From Coriobacteriia bacterium (lineage in GTDB: Bacteria > Actinomycetota > Coriobacteriia > Anaerosomatales > PALSA-660): a stretch of DNA of 64,000 bases. Location of the stretch: contig DATCGP010000012.1 of NCBI GenBank assembly GCA_036508875.1, positions 2,162 through 66,161 on the forward strand, read 5' to 3'. The notes below the pieces were generated by a model, which ran no database searches, had not been told where the DNA came from, and worked only from the letters and a program-made list of their open reading frames with translations. This document shows, piece by piece, positions 9,248 through 19,013 of this stretch (within the stretch, counting starts at the first letter, position 1; each line of letters starts with the position of its first letter). The position numbers and the translations under genes are program-made.

Positions 9248-10909
9248 TCAGCTGGCGGAGCGTCCGGTCAGCCGTCCGAGGGCGCGGCGGGCGAGCCCGT
9301 CGATGTAGTCGGTCTCCTTCATCCGGACCAGCCGCAGCGCGATGTAGGCCGCTCCGAGACCCGTCGCCGTGCCGACCAGCACGCGGGCCACGTTGGCCCC
9401 GGTGCCGGTGCCGAGCCCCGACATCGCGGCCATGGCGCCCCAGGCGACGAGCCCTGCGGCGACCGCGCTGGCCAGTGAGCGCGCCCACCCGTCGAGCACG
9501 TGCGCGAACCCGAACCCGCCGATGCGTCTGCGCAGGATGACGAGCAGTACGGTCAGGTGCAGGGCGAAGAACACGGTGTCCGCGAGCGGGATCCCGACGA
9601 GCGCGTAGTTGGCGAAGACCCCACCGAACGCGCTCTTCAGCAGGAGCGGCAGCGACCAGTACAGGCCGACCTGGACGAAGGTGAGCGCGAGGTTGGTGAG
9701 TGCCGGCGTGCGCGTGTCCTGCATCGAGTAGAACGCGCGCAGCACCAGCATGTAGGCGGCGAAGAAGAACAGCCCGACCGTCCACCCCGCGAGCGAGGCG
9801 GTCACGAGCGGGATCGCGTCGGTGGGGAAGCTGCCGAACCGGTACAGGGACACGAGCGGCGTTCCGAGCGCGAGAAGCAGCGCGATGCTCGGCAGCATGA
9901 GCAGCGACAACGACCGCAGCCCCGCCGAGAAGTAGCTCTTGAAGCCCGCCCAGTCCTTGCGGTCGGCGGTGTGCGACAGCTCCGGGAACACGGCGGAGAG
10001 GTAGCTGACCGCCAGCACGCCGTAGGGAAGCTGGTACCACATCCACGCGTACTGCAGGGCTGCGGAGCCGTCCGGGAGCGTGCTCGTGGCGAACGCGTTG
10101 CGGAAGCTGATTCCGACCATGTTCACCGCCACGTACAGGACGAGCCATCCCGCCTTCCGCACCATCTTGCGCAGCGACGGGTCCGCCAGGTCCATCGACC
10201 AGCGGAACCGGAAGCCGACCTTCAGCAGCGCGGGCACCTGCGTCACGAACAGGGCGACCACCCCGAGGGTGGTGCCCACGCCGAGCGCTGCGATGGCGAG
10301 TTGCGGGTCCGTTCCGCGCAGCGGCAGGTAGAAGCCCAGCAGGACGACGATGACCACCACGTTGTTGAACAGCGGGGCGATCGCCGGGGCGAAGAACTTC
10401 CGGTACGAGTTCAGGACTCCGGTCGTCAGAGCGACGAACCCGTAGAAGATGATCTGGACGGCGAAGAAGCGGAACAGCTGCACCGCGACCTCGGTGTCGG
10501 CCGCCGACTTCGTGAACGTCTGGGTCCAGACGAAGATCTGCGGGAACAGCGTTCCGATGAGGGCCACGACACCGAGCACGACGAGAATGAGCGAGAACAG
10601 CGTGTTCGCCGTCTTGTGCGCCGCTGCCTCACCGTCGCGTCGCATCCGCTCCATGAAGATCGGGATGAACATCGAGGAGAGCACGCCGCCTGCGACAAGC
10701 TCGTAGATCATGTTCGGGATGTTATTGGCGATCGTGTACGCGGACGCGATCGGCACCTTGCCGGCGGCTGCCACCGAGACGCCGAGGGCGACCGCCATCG
10801 ACCAGGTGCGGGCGAAGCCGGTGAGCCGGGAGAGGATCGTCCCCACCGACATGATGGCGGTGGAACGTGCGACCGACGGCGTCGACTCGCTGATGACATG
10901 CCTCCCCAC
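9248..10909 (-). CDS. murJ: Lipid II flippase MurJ (MviN)
   Basis: 553 aa polytopic protein. N-terminus SVGTILSRLTGFARTW matches the MurJ SRVLGFxR motif. GTG start. Convergent with recN. Confidence 0.9.
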   Translation of the reverse strand: MGRHVISESTPSVARSTAIMSVGTILSRLTGFARTWSMAVALGVSVAAAGKVPIASAYTIANNIPNMIYELVAGGVLSSMFIPIFMERMRRDGEAAAHKTANTLFSLILVVLGVVALIGTLFPQIFVWTQTFTKSAADTEVAVQLFRFFAVQIIFYGFVALTTGVLNSYRKFFAPAIAPLFNNVVVIVVLLGFYLPLRGTDPQLAIAALGVGTTLGVVALFVTQVPALLKVGFRFRWSMDLADPSLRKMVRKAGWLVLYVAVNMVGISFRNAFATSTLPDGSAALQYAWMWYQLPYGVLAVSYLSAVFPELSHTADRKDWAGFKSYFSAGLRSLSLLMLPSIALLLALGTPLVSLYRFGSFPTDAIPLVTASLAGWTVGLFFFAAYMLVLRAFYSMQDTRTPALTNLALTFVQVGLYWSLPLLLKSAFGGVFANYALVGIPLADTVFFALHLTVLLVILRRRIGGFGFAHVLDGWARSLASAVAAGLVAWGAMAAMSGLGTGTGANVARVLVGTATGLGAAYIALRLVRMKETDYIDGLARRALGRLTGRSAS

Positions 10910-11307
10910 GGCGGTATGAAGGGTGCGCGCTCGGATCGGAGCGGCGCTCCGGGCACGATTCTAGACCAGCCGCGCCGCAGTGCGGGCGGACGCGTTCGGG
11001 CGTTTCCGAGCTGTGGCGTGAGTTCGGCGCCGATGTGCGGTTCCTCGTCGCACCGGTTCGTATATACTTCGAGTCGGGCACCTCGTTCACCGTGCTCGAT
11101 CCGTGCGGTGGACGCGCAGCCGGACCGCCCCTGGCAGAACCTATCGTCGCCGAAGCAGGGAAGCGGGACTGGAGTGCGCGTGTCGAGGATATCCGTGAAC
11201 ATCGTCGCCGCCGGCTCGCTGGCGGCGCTTCTCGTTTCCGAGGCGACTTCGATCCGCCGCGTGCCATGCCCCGTATCGACCTTGCTGTCCGCGAAGGGTG
11301 ATCGCGC

Positions 11308-12474
11308 GTGATGACGTGGACCGTTCTCGCTCTGCTATCGGCGCTGGTCGCCGTGCTGGTCGGCTGGGCGCTTCCCGCATGGGCGGCGGGCCGGATCGTC
11401 GGTCCGGCCGGGGCCGATGCCGAAGCCCCCTCAGACGCGCCCGAGCGCCGGGGCCGTCCGACTCTCGGGCTGGCGTGGCTGGTCTGGGCCATCGGGGTCG
11501 CGACGGCTTCGAGCATCGTGGCGCTGCTGATGCTCAAGGCCGACACGCTGGGACTGGTGTTCGGCTGGCAGGAGGCGGAGTGGCGCGCAGCGCTCAACTA
11601 CTCGCCGTTCGCCAGTGCGGTCGTCGTGGTGCCGTTGCTGCTCGTCGCAGGCGCATTCGCGCTGGGTCTCGTGGATGACACGTTCGCGGGGAGCGGGCCG
11701 AGCGGTTGGTTCGCCGGACTGCGGCGCGGGCGGCTCGACGGCCGCGGTATCAAGACACTGGGGATCGCCGCCTTGGCGTTCGTGACGGCGGGGCCGATCG
11801 CCAATGGCATCGGCAGGATCGACTCGACGGTAGCGGACGCCGCTGGGTGGTCTCAGGGCGCGTACCTGATCCTCGCATGGATAGCGGCGGCGCTCGTGGT
11901 CGGGCTCGCCGCGAGACTGGTCGACCGGTCCGACATCGAGCCCGGAAGGGCACTCCGGACGTACGCCGTTCTCGCGTTCGTGGGAGCGGGAGTGTCGTGT
12001 TGGGGCCTGTGGACCGTCTTTGAGAAGACACTCATGCAGTCGGCGATCAATGCCGGAGTCGCGGGCGCAGACGCCGCTACGGCGGGTCTGCCGATCGGCG
12101 GCGAGGCGCTCATCTGGCTGGCCGGCACAGTGGCGTGCGTGCTGGCGCTCGTGTTCGGGCCGATGCTCGCGGTGTGGCGCCACGATCTGGCACGGCGCGC
12201 GCGGCTCGGGAGCGCCGGGTCGCTCGCGATGGGCGCGCTGGCGGGCTATCTGCTCGCGCGCAGCGCTCCGTTGTGGCTTCTCGGGGTCTTCACGCTCGTA
12301 CTGATCGCGCTCAACCTCATGACGCGCAGCGCGACCTCACTGACGGGGAAATACGTCCAGTCTGCAGCATCGGCTGGCGAGAGCGTTGATGCGGAGCACG
12401 CGGTGGATGACGGTACGCGGGCAGGCGGGCCCACGGCCGAGGACGACGACGCAAGAAGGGACGATGTGAGCTGA
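11308..12474 (+). CDS. Polytopic (about 9 TM) membrane protein of unknown function, with faint MraY/WecA (GT4)-like motifs and an acidic C-terminal tail
   Basis: High GC3 across the [12 protein letters not shown] follows TM3 (compare GFVDDYAKV in this window's MraY). [14 protein letters not shown] resembles MGDTGSLGLGA, but the Asp is replaced. No NxxNxTDGLDG motif. Confidence 0.6.
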   Translation: MMTWTVLALLSALVAVLVGWALPAWAAGRIVGPAGADAEAPSDAPERRGRPTLGLAWLVWAIGVATASSIVALLMLKADTLGLVFGWQEAEWRAALNYSPFASAVVVVPLLLVAGAFALGLVDDTFAGSGPSGWFAGLRRGRLDGRGIKTLGIAALAFVTAGPIANGIGRIDSTVADAAGWSQGAYLILAWIAAALVVGLAARLVDRSDIEPGRALRTYAVLAFVGAGVSCWGLWTVFEKTLMQSAINAGVAGADAATAGLPIGGEALIWLAGTVACVLALVFGPMLAVWRHDLARRARLGSAGSLAMGALAGYLLARSAPLWLLGVFTLVLIALNLMTRSATSLTGKYVQSAASAGESVDAEHAVDDGTRAGGPTAEDDDARRDDVS

Positions 12475-12479
12475 AGGCG

Positions 12480-14093
12480 ATGGCCAAGTACATCTTCGTG
12501 ACTGGAGGCGTGGTCTCCTCGCTCGGCAAGGGCATCACGGCTGCATCGCTGGGCAGGCTGCTCAAGAGCCGCGGGTTGAAAGTGACGATCCAGAAGCTCG
12601 ACCCGTACCTCAACGTCGACCCTGGCACCATGAGCCCGTTCCAGCACGGCGAGGTCTTCGTGACCGACGACGGTGGCGAGACCGACCTGGACCTGGGGCA
12701 CTACGAGCGCTTCATCGACGAGGCGCTCTCGCGCGAGAGCAACGTCACCGCCGGATCCGTGTACCAGACGCTCATCGGCAAGGAGCGCCGCGGCGACTTC
12801 CTCGGCGGCACCGTGCAGGTCATCCCGCACGTGACCAACGAGATCAAGGAACGGATCATCCGTCTGGCTGAGAAGACGCAGCCGGACGTCCTCATCACCG
12901 AGGTCGGGGGCACCGTCGGCGACATCGAGTCACTGCCGTTCCTCGAGGCGATCCGGCAGCTCAAGAAAGACGTCGGCCGCGAGAACGTCTGCTACATACA
13001 CGTGACCCTCGTGCCGTACATCGCGGCGTCCTCCGAGCTCAAGACCAAGCCGACGCAGCACTCCGTCAAGGAGCTGCGCAGCATCGGTATCCAGCCGGAC
13101 TTCATTGTCTGCCGCAGCGACCGTCCGATCGACGCCGGCATCCGCCGCAAGATCGGGCTGTTCTGCGACGTGGACCCCGCCGCGGTCGTCTCCGCCATGG
13201 ACGCCCGCTCGATCTACGAGGTGCCCGGAAACCTGCGTCAGCAGGGCCTGGACAACATGGTCATCGATCATCTCGGGCTCGAGTGCGGCGAGCCCGACAT
13301 GAGCAGCTGGGACGGGTTCGTGCGTCACAGCCAGCAGCTCAACGACTCGGTCGACATCGCGCTCGTGGGCAAGTACGTGCAGCTGCCCGACGCATACCTC
13401 TCCGTGCACGAGTCGCTCAAGCACGCGGGGATCTTCCACGACCACGAAGTGAACATCCACTGGGTGGACGCCGAGGGCATCACGCCTGAAGAGGTCGATA
13501 ACCTGCTGTCCGAGATGGACGGGATCCTCGTGCCGGGCGGCTTCGGGATCCGCGGCATCGAAGGCAAGATCCGTGCGGCGTGCTACGCGCGGGAGAACCT
13601 CGTGCCGTACTTCGGGATCTGCCTCGGGATGCAGGTCGCGGTCTGCGAGTTCGCGCGCAACATCGCCGGCCTGGCGGGCGCCAACTCCACGGAGTTCGAT
13701 CCCGCGACGCCTCACCCGGTCATCGACCTTATGCGCGAGCAGAACGATGTCCACGACATGGGCGGCACCATGCGCCTCGGCGCGTATCCGTGCAAGGTCG
13801 TCCCGGACACCAAGGGCTGGGATGCGTACGGCGAGGAAGTCATCTACGAGCGCCATCGTCACCGTTATGAGGTCAGCAACGAGTACCGCCAGCAGCTGAC
13901 CGACGCCGGCCTCGTCATCTCGGGGATGTCCCCTGACGGCAAGCTCGTCGAGATGGTGGAGCTTCCAGGCCACCCGTGGTTCGTGGGCAACCAGGGCCAC
14001 CCCGAGTTCAAGAGCCGTCCGACGCGTCCGGCGCCGCTGTTTCGCGACTTCATCGGCGCGGCGGTCGCCTACAAGCACGAGCGGAAGGCGTAA
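12480..14093 (+). CDS. pyrG: CTP synthase
   Basis: [20 protein letters not shown]-terminus, GATase GICLGMQ active-site Cys, HRHRYEV. Confidence 0.97.
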   Translation: MAKYIFVTGGVVSSLGKGITAASLGRLLKSRGLKVTIQKLDPYLNVDPGTMSPFQHGEVFVTDDGGETDLDLGHYERFIDEALSRESNVTAGSVYQTLIGKERRGDFLGGTVQVIPHVTNEIKERIIRLAEKTQPDVLITEVGGTVGDIESLPFLEAIRQLKKDVGRENVCYIHVTLVPYIAASSELKTKPTQHSVKELRSIGIQPDFIVCRSDRPIDAGIRRKIGLFCDVDPAAVVSAMDARSIYEVPGNLRQQGLDNMVIDHLGLECGEPDMSSWDGFVRHSQQLNDSVDIALVGKYVQLPDAYLSVHESLKHAGIFHDHEVNIHWVDAEGITPEEVDNLLSEMDGILVPGGFGIRGIEGKIRAACYARENLVPYFGICLGMQVAVCEFARNIAGLAGANSTEFDPATPHPVIDLMREQNDVHDMGGTMRLGAYPCKVVPDTKGWDAYGEEVIYERHRHRYEVSNEYRQQLTDAGLVISGMSPDGKLVEMVELPGHPWFVGNQGHPEFKSRPTRPAPLFRDFIGAAVAYKHERKA

Positions 14094-14100
14094 CGGGACC

Positions 14101-15225
14101 ATGGGCGACGATCAGACTCTGCGCGTCCTCGACACCTTCCTCGAAGCGGTCCGGATCGACAGCCCTTCGGGTGAGGAGGCTGCTTTCGCACAGTGGTGCG
14201 CGGAGCGCCTTCGCGAGGTCGGCTGCACCGTCCGCTTCGACGAGACCGGACCGGCAAGCGGCTCGGACTCCGGCAACCTCATCGCCGAGTTCCCGGGCGA
14301 TGCGGAAGGCACCGTGGTCGTGTTGTGCGCCCACCTCGACACCGTGATGCCGGGCCGCGGGATCCGCCCGGTCGTCGCTGACGGCGTCGTTCGTTCCTCG
14401 GGCGACACGATCCTCGCCTCCGACGACAAGGCCGGCGTGGCAGCGATCATCGAGGCGCTCAGGCGGGTGCGCGAGTCCGGTGCGGTGACCGCTCCGGCAC
14501 GCGTGATCTTGACCACGGGCGAGGAGATGGGGCTCCAGGGAGCCAAGGCGATCTCACCGAACGACTGTGCCGGAGACGTCTGCCTGGTCCTGGACGCGCA
14601 CGGCGCGGTCGGCGGGATCGTGGGCGCAGCGCCGACGCAGTACACGTTCCGGGCTGAGTTCACGGGCGTTCCCGCCCATGCGGGCGTCGAGCCTGAGAAG
14701 GGCCGTTCGGCGCTCATCATGGCCGCCAAGGCCGTGTGCGCGATGCGGCTCGGGCGCTTGGATGCCGCCACCACGGCCAATGTGGGCGAGATCCGGGGCG
14801 GCACGGCGACCAACGTCATCACCGCCTCGTGCGTCATGAGAGGCGAATGCCGGTCGCTCGACCCGCAGGCCGCGGAGTCGGTGCGTCTGGAGATGGATGC
14901 CGCGATGCACGCGGCCGCGCTCGAGGGCGGCGGGACCGTCCAGGTCGAGTGGAACCTGGAATACGAGGGCTTCCGGTTCCCGCCCGACGACCCGAGCGTG
15001 GAGCTGGTCGCAGGAGCGGTCCGCTCGATCGGCATGACTCCGAGCGTCTTCGAGACCGGCGGTGGGAGCGACGCGAACGTGCTGACGGCGAAGGGGCTCC
15101 CATCGATCGTGCTCTCGTGCGGCATGACCGACGTCCACGGCACCGGTGAGTCCATAGAGGTCGCCGACCTCGTGTCGCTCGTCGACCTGCTGGTCACCGT
15201 GTTGGCGAGAGCGGTCGTCCGCTAG
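14101..15225 (+). CDS. M20/M42-type metallopeptidase (PepT-like tripeptidase family)
   Basis: Metal-ligand motifs CAHLDTV, SDDKAGVAAIIEAL, TTGEEMGLQGAK. 374 aa. Confidence 0.8.
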   Translation: MGDDQTLRVLDTFLEAVRIDSPSGEEAAFAQWCAERLREVGCTVRFDETGPASGSDSGNLIAEFPGDAEGTVVVLCAHLDTVMPGRGIRPVVADGVVRSSGDTILASDDKAGVAAIIEALRRVRESGAVTAPARVILTTGEEMGLQGAKAISPNDCAGDVCLVLDAHGAVGGIVGAAPTQYTFRAEFTGVPAHAGVEPEKGRSALIMAAKAVCAMRLGRLDAATTANVGEIRGGTATNVITASCVMRGECRSLDPQAAESVRLEMDAAMHAAALEGGGTVQVEWNLEYEGFRFPPDDPSVELVAGAVRSIGMTPSVFETGGGSDANVLTAKGLPSIVLSCGMTDVHGTGESIEVADLVSLVDLLVTVLARAVVR

Positions 15226-15402
15226 GCGTGCCGCGGGCCGCACCTCGTCCCGTTGTCCTCGCGAAGGCGAGAGGTACACTGTCGGAGGTCCGACCAGAGG
15301 TCGGTTGCAGTCATCGCACAAGCCGCTCAGCGGCGTGCATATCCGTGCCGGGGCCGGGTCGTGAGTGACCGGTCGACTTGTCGAGGAAGGGAAGAGCCCC
15401 AG

Positions 15403-16518
15403 ATGATCATCGGTGTGCCCAAGGAGATCAAGAACAACGAGTTCCGCGTCGGCATGACGCCCGGCGGCGTCCGCGAGTTCGTCGCGCATGGCCACTCGGT
15501 GCTCGTCGAGAACGCAGCGGGGGAAGGTTCCTCTTTCGCTGACGCCGAGTACGCCACCGCCGGCGCCGAGATCGTCGCCACGGCGGAAGAGGTCTTCGCC
15601 CGCGCCGACATGATCGTCAAGGTCAAGGAGCCTCAGCCGGTCGAGATCGCTCGCCTGCGCGAGGGCCAGATCCTCTACACCTATCTGCACCTCGCTCCCG
15701 ACTTCGAGCAGACCGAGGGCCTCATCGGCTCCGGCGCCGTCTGCATCGCGTACGAGACCGTCGAGCTGCCGAACCACTCGTTGCCCTTGCTGGCCCCGAT
15801 GTCAGAGGTCGCTGGCCGTATGGCCGCGCAGGTCGGCGCGACCTACCTGCAGAAGCCGTTCGGCGGCCGCGGTGTGCTGATGGGCGGTACCCCGGGCGTC
15901 GCCCCGGCGCAGGTCGTCGTGCTCGGCGGCGGCGTGGTCGGCACGAATGCCGCATACGTCGCGATGGGCATGGGCGCGCACGTCACGATCATGGACATCA
16001 ACATCGACCGCCTTCGCTACCTCGACGAGATCTGGGGCAACAGGGTACGCACCCTGTACTCGAGCAAGCACAACATCGAGGAAGCGGTCTATGCGGCCGA
16101 CCTTGTCATCGGATCGGTGCTGCTTCCGGGCGCCAAGACCCCGTGGCTCGTGACGAAGGACATGCTCCCGAAGATGAAGAGGGGCTCGGTCGTCGTCGAC
16201 GTCTCCGTCGATCAGGGCGGCTGCATCGAGACCACCCACGCCACGACCCACGCCGACCCGACCTTCTTCGTCGACGGCGTGCTGCACTACGGCGTCGCCA
16301 ACATGCCGGGCGCGGTGCCCAACACCTCCACCCTGGCGCTCACCAACGCGACGCTGCGTTACGGTCTCGCGATCGCCGACAAGGGCTGGAAGAAGGCCGT
16401 TGCCGACGACGCCGCACTCGCCAAGGGCGTCAACATCGTCGGTGGCAAGGTCACCTACAAGGAGGTCGCGGAAGTGCACGGCCTCGAGTACACGCCGCTG
16501 GAGTCGATGCTCGCGTAG
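15403..16518 (+). CDS. ald: Alanine dehydrogenase
   Basis: [21 protein letters not shown]-terminus, Rossmann [29 protein letters not shown] lies upstream of ATG 15403. The longer ORF-track start was rejected. Confidence 0.93.
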   Translation: MIIGVPKEIKNNEFRVGMTPGGVREFVAHGHSVLVENAAGEGSSFADAEYATAGAEIVATAEEVFARADMIVKVKEPQPVEIARLREGQILYTYLHLAPDFEQTEGLIGSGAVCIAYETVELPNHSLPLLAPMSEVAGRMAAQVGATYLQKPFGGRGVLMGGTPGVAPAQVVVLGGGVVGTNAAYVAMGMGAHVTIMDINIDRLRYLDEIWGNRVRTLYSSKHNIEEAVYAADLVIGSVLLPGAKTPWLVTKDMLPKMKRGSVVVDVSVDQGGCIETTHATTHADPTFFVDGVLHYGVANMPGAVPNTSTLALTNATLRYGLAIADKGWKKAVADDAALAKGVNIVGGKVTYKEVAEVHGLEYTPLESMLA

Positions 16519-16540
16519 GGCATCTCCCGCTGCCTCGTTC

Positions 16541-16576
16541 AGAGCGGCCGTCCGGGTGATCCCGGGCGGCCGCTCT
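16541..16576 (+). terminator. Strong GC-rich hairpin after ald (about 16 bp stem, UGAU loop), with a weak U-tract
   Basis: AGAGCGGCCGTCCGGG-TGAT-CCCGGGCGGCCGCTCT is an inverted repeat with one G-U pair. It starts 23 nt after the ald stop. Confidence 0.6.
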
Positions 16577-16638
16577 CGTGCTCTCGTATGTGGGTGCGCT
16601 CGGGTGCGCGCAGGTGCGCGGTGCGCGATACTGCACGC

Positions 16639-17667
16639 ATGAGCAACAGCAACGACAGCGCCACTGGCGGAGCGAGCACCGCGGCGAGCCCGGAGGCGTC
16701 GATCCAGGAACCGCCGCCATCGCCATTGGCGCCCCTGGTCGACGACTTCCTCAGCTACCTCACCGTCGAGCGCGGCGCGTCGGCGAACACGATCTCGGCC
16801 TACCGGGCTGACTTGAAGCGATACACGGTGTTCCTGCGCGAGCGCGGTGTGCCGACGGTGGACGCGGTGACCCGCGACGACGTCGCGGCCTGGATGGGGA
16901 CCCTTCGCGCGGAGGGTGCCGCGCCCCGCACGATCGAGCGGCGGGTGGCGGCGGTCAAGTCGTTCCATCGCTTCCTGGTGCGCGAGGGCATCACAACGAA
17001 CCATCCCACTGCGGCGTTGCCGCTCCCGAAGGTCCCGGAACGGTTGCCCGATGTCGTGAGCATCGATGACATCGAGCGGTTCCTGTCGCAGCCTTTCCCG
17101 CAGGGCCCGGTGGGGTACCGCGACCGCGCGATGCTCGAGGTGCTGTACGGCTGCGGCATCCGCGTGAGCGAACTGACCGGGCTCGACCTGCGCGACGTCG
17201 AACTGGCGGAAGGCTATCTGCGCGTATTCGGCAAGGGCCGGAAGGAACGGGTGACGCCCATCGCGGGCGCGGCCGCTTCCGCCCTGCAGGACTACCTGAG
17301 CCACGGCCGGCCCTTCCTCCGCACCAAGCACGGCGCGAGCCGCCAGGACCCGGACGCGGTGTTCCTGAACGTCCGTGGCGGACGTCTCACGCGCGCCACC
17401 ATCCATGCGCTCGTGCACATGTACGGCGGCCGGGTCGGGCTCGACCTGCACCCGCACACGCTCCGCCATTCCTTCGCGACACACCTGCTCGAGGGTGGCG
17501 CGGACCTACGCGCGCTGCAGGAGATGTTGGGGCACGCGGACATCTCGACGACGCAGATCTACACGCATGTGGACCGCTCGCATCTCCGCGAGGAGTACCT
17601 GTCGACGCACCCTCGCGCGCGGATCCGGAGCGGGGGCGCTGCCCGACCTCCCGGACGGGTAGACTAG
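16639..17667 (+). CDS. xerD: Site-specific tyrosine recombinase XerD
   Basis: SAM-like N-domain. Catalytic RDRAMLEVLYGCGIRVSEL (R) and HTLRHSFATHLL...LGHADISTTQIYTHV (H-x-x-R, H, Y). ATG at 16639. Confidence 0.88.
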   Translation: MSNSNDSATGGASTAASPEASIQEPPPSPLAPLVDDFLSYLTVERGASANTISAYRADLKRYTVFLRERGVPTVDAVTRDDVAAWMGTLRAEGAAPRTIERRVAAVKSFHRFLVREGITTNHPTAALPLPKVPERLPDVVSIDDIERFLSQPFPQGPVGYRDRAMLEVLYGCGIRVSELTGLDLRDVELAEGYLRVFGKGRKERVTPIAGAAASALQDYLSHGRPFLRTKHGASRQDPDAVFLNVRGGRLTRATIHALVHMYGGRVGLDLHPHTLRHSFATHLLEGGADLRALQEMLGHADISTTQIYTHVDRSHLREEYLSTHPRARIRSGGAARPPGRVD

Positions 17668-17808
17668 TCCAGAGCGGTGTCTCGCAGGGCCACGAACAGG
17701 CACGGGCGATCGCGGAACGGGGCGTCAGGCGGTTGCCCACGCCGAGGGTCCGAAGGGATACCATATGCATAAGGAAGTAACGGCGGTGGATAGGGGAAGG
17801 TGGTAGGT

Positions 17809-18885
17809 GTGAAGAAGAGTCTTCGTTCGGTTCTCGCGCTTGTGATCATGATCTGCATGATGGCCATTGTGGTTGCGGGCTGCACGACTCCGACGACGAC
17901 TACTACGTCGACCACGACCACGACGCCTACGGCGGTCACGCTGAAGGCCGCGATGGTGACCGACGTCGGCGGTCTCGGCGACAAGTCGTTCAACGACCTG
18001 AGCTGGGCGGGCCTCGAGAAGGCCAAGGCCGATCTGGGCGTGGACACGAAGGTCCTCACCTCGAAGGTCATGACCGACTACGAGACGAACCTCACGCAGC
18101 TCGCGGGAGCCGGCTACAGCCCGGTCTTCGCAGTTGGCTTCCTCATGCAGGCCGCAGTGAACAAGGTAGCGACCTCGACCCCGGACACGAACTTCGGCGG
18201 CATCGACATCGCCCTCGACCCGTGCCCCAGCAACTACGTGGGCCTGACGTTCAAGGAGCAGGAGGCCGGCTATCTCGCCGGTATCGTTGCCGGACTTGCG
18301 ACCAAGGACACGTTCGACGCCCGTCTGAACACCCAGAACATCATCGGCTTCGTCGGCGGCATGGAGATCCCTCCGGTCGTCCGGTATCAGGCCGGCTTTG
18401 TCGCTGGTGCCAAGTCGGTCAATCCGAGCGTCAAGGTCATCTCGCTGTACGCGGGTAAGTTCGACGATCAGGCCAAGGGTAAGGAACTCGGCCTGTCGCT
18501 GATCTCGCAGGGCGCGGACGTCGTCTTCGCCGCAGCGGGCCAGACCGGCATCGGCACGTTCAACGCATGCCAGGAGTCCAAGAAGGCGCTGTTCATCGGC
18601 GTCGACACCGACCAGTACATGACCCTGACGAACCCCGGTGACACGATCCTGACCTCCGCGGTCAAGCGCATCGACGTCGCGGTGTTCGACGTGGTCAAGA
18701 AGGCCCTCGACGGCGCCTTCCCCGGTGGGAAGAACCTGACCTACGGCCTGGTCGAGGACGGCGTGGGCCTCGCCCCGTACCACGATTTCGATGCCAAGGT
18801 GCCGCAGGCCATCAAGGACGCGGTCACCAAGGCGATCTCCGACATCAAGGCCGGAACGGTTGTCGTTCCCGAGACCGTCAAGTAA
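17809..18885 (+). CDS. BMP-family (PnrA/Med-like) ABC substrate-binding lipoprotein, probably nucleoside-binding
   Basis: Signal peptide with lipobox VVAGC. Thr-rich linker TTPTTTTTSTTTTTPT. DVGGLGDKSFND motif. GTG at 17809 follows RBS AGGGGAAGG (alternative GTG at 17800). Confidence 0.88.
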   Translation: MKKSLRSVLALVIMICMMAIVVAGCTTPTTTTTSTTTTTPTAVTLKAAMVTDVGGLGDKSFNDLSWAGLEKAKADLGVDTKVLTSKVMTDYETNLTQLAGAGYSPVFAVGFLMQAAVNKVATSTPDTNFGGIDIALDPCPSNYVGLTFKEQEAGYLAGIVAGLATKDTFDARLNTQNIIGFVGGMEIPPVVRYQAGFVAGAKSVNPSVKVISLYAGKFDDQAKGKELGLSLISQGADVVFAAAGQTGIGTFNACQESKKALFIGVDTDQYMTLTNPGDTILTSAVKRIDVAVFDVVKKALDGAFPGGKNLTYGLVEDGVGLAPYHDFDAKVPQAIKDAVTKAISDIKAGTVVVPETVK

Positions 18886-18930
18886 GTCCGTGACGGCGCT
18901 CGACGGAACCATCCGTTAGAGGCGATGATG

Positions 18931-18972
18931 GGGGCGGCCGGTTCTCTCGTGAGGATCCGGTCGCCCCTTTCG
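18931..18972 (+). terminator. Intercistronic hairpin plus TTT between the binding-protein gene and the ABC ATPase gene (partial terminator or processing site)
   Basis: GGGGCGGCCGG-(15 nt)-CCGGTCGCCCC followed by TTTCGC. Confidence 0.5.
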
Positions 18973-19013
18973 CTTGCAAGACAGCTTCGGTATCTGGAGG
19001 GGGTACGCCGCGC

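Noticed and set aside
11035-11301. 88-aa ORF filling the murJ / membrane-protein spacer and ending 7 nt before the next gene.
   Set aside because: Manual third-position count gives about 64% GC3, against about 85-90% in neighbouring genes. There is no RBS and no recognisable domain. An AT-rich promoter-like palindrome lies inside it. It is probably non-coding 5' UTR or promoter DNA.
15253-15402. N-terminal extensions suggested by the ORF track for ald (15253). The same applies to yggS (46467), divIVA (48666), murC (35768), murG (34878), ftsW (33782), proC (48028), xerD (16588) and the response regulator (55637).
   Set aside because: The extensions overlap the upstream gene in another frame or are Arg-rich junk. 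Canonical N-termini with RBS motifs are found at the internal starts reported in the features.
16639-17667. The tyrosine recombinase considered as an integrase marking a mobile element or prophage boundary.
   Set aside because: It has the XerD-type motifs and sits in the conserved pyrG...xerD neighbourhood. There is no flanking tRNA, no direct repeats, and no phage, IS or cargo genes.
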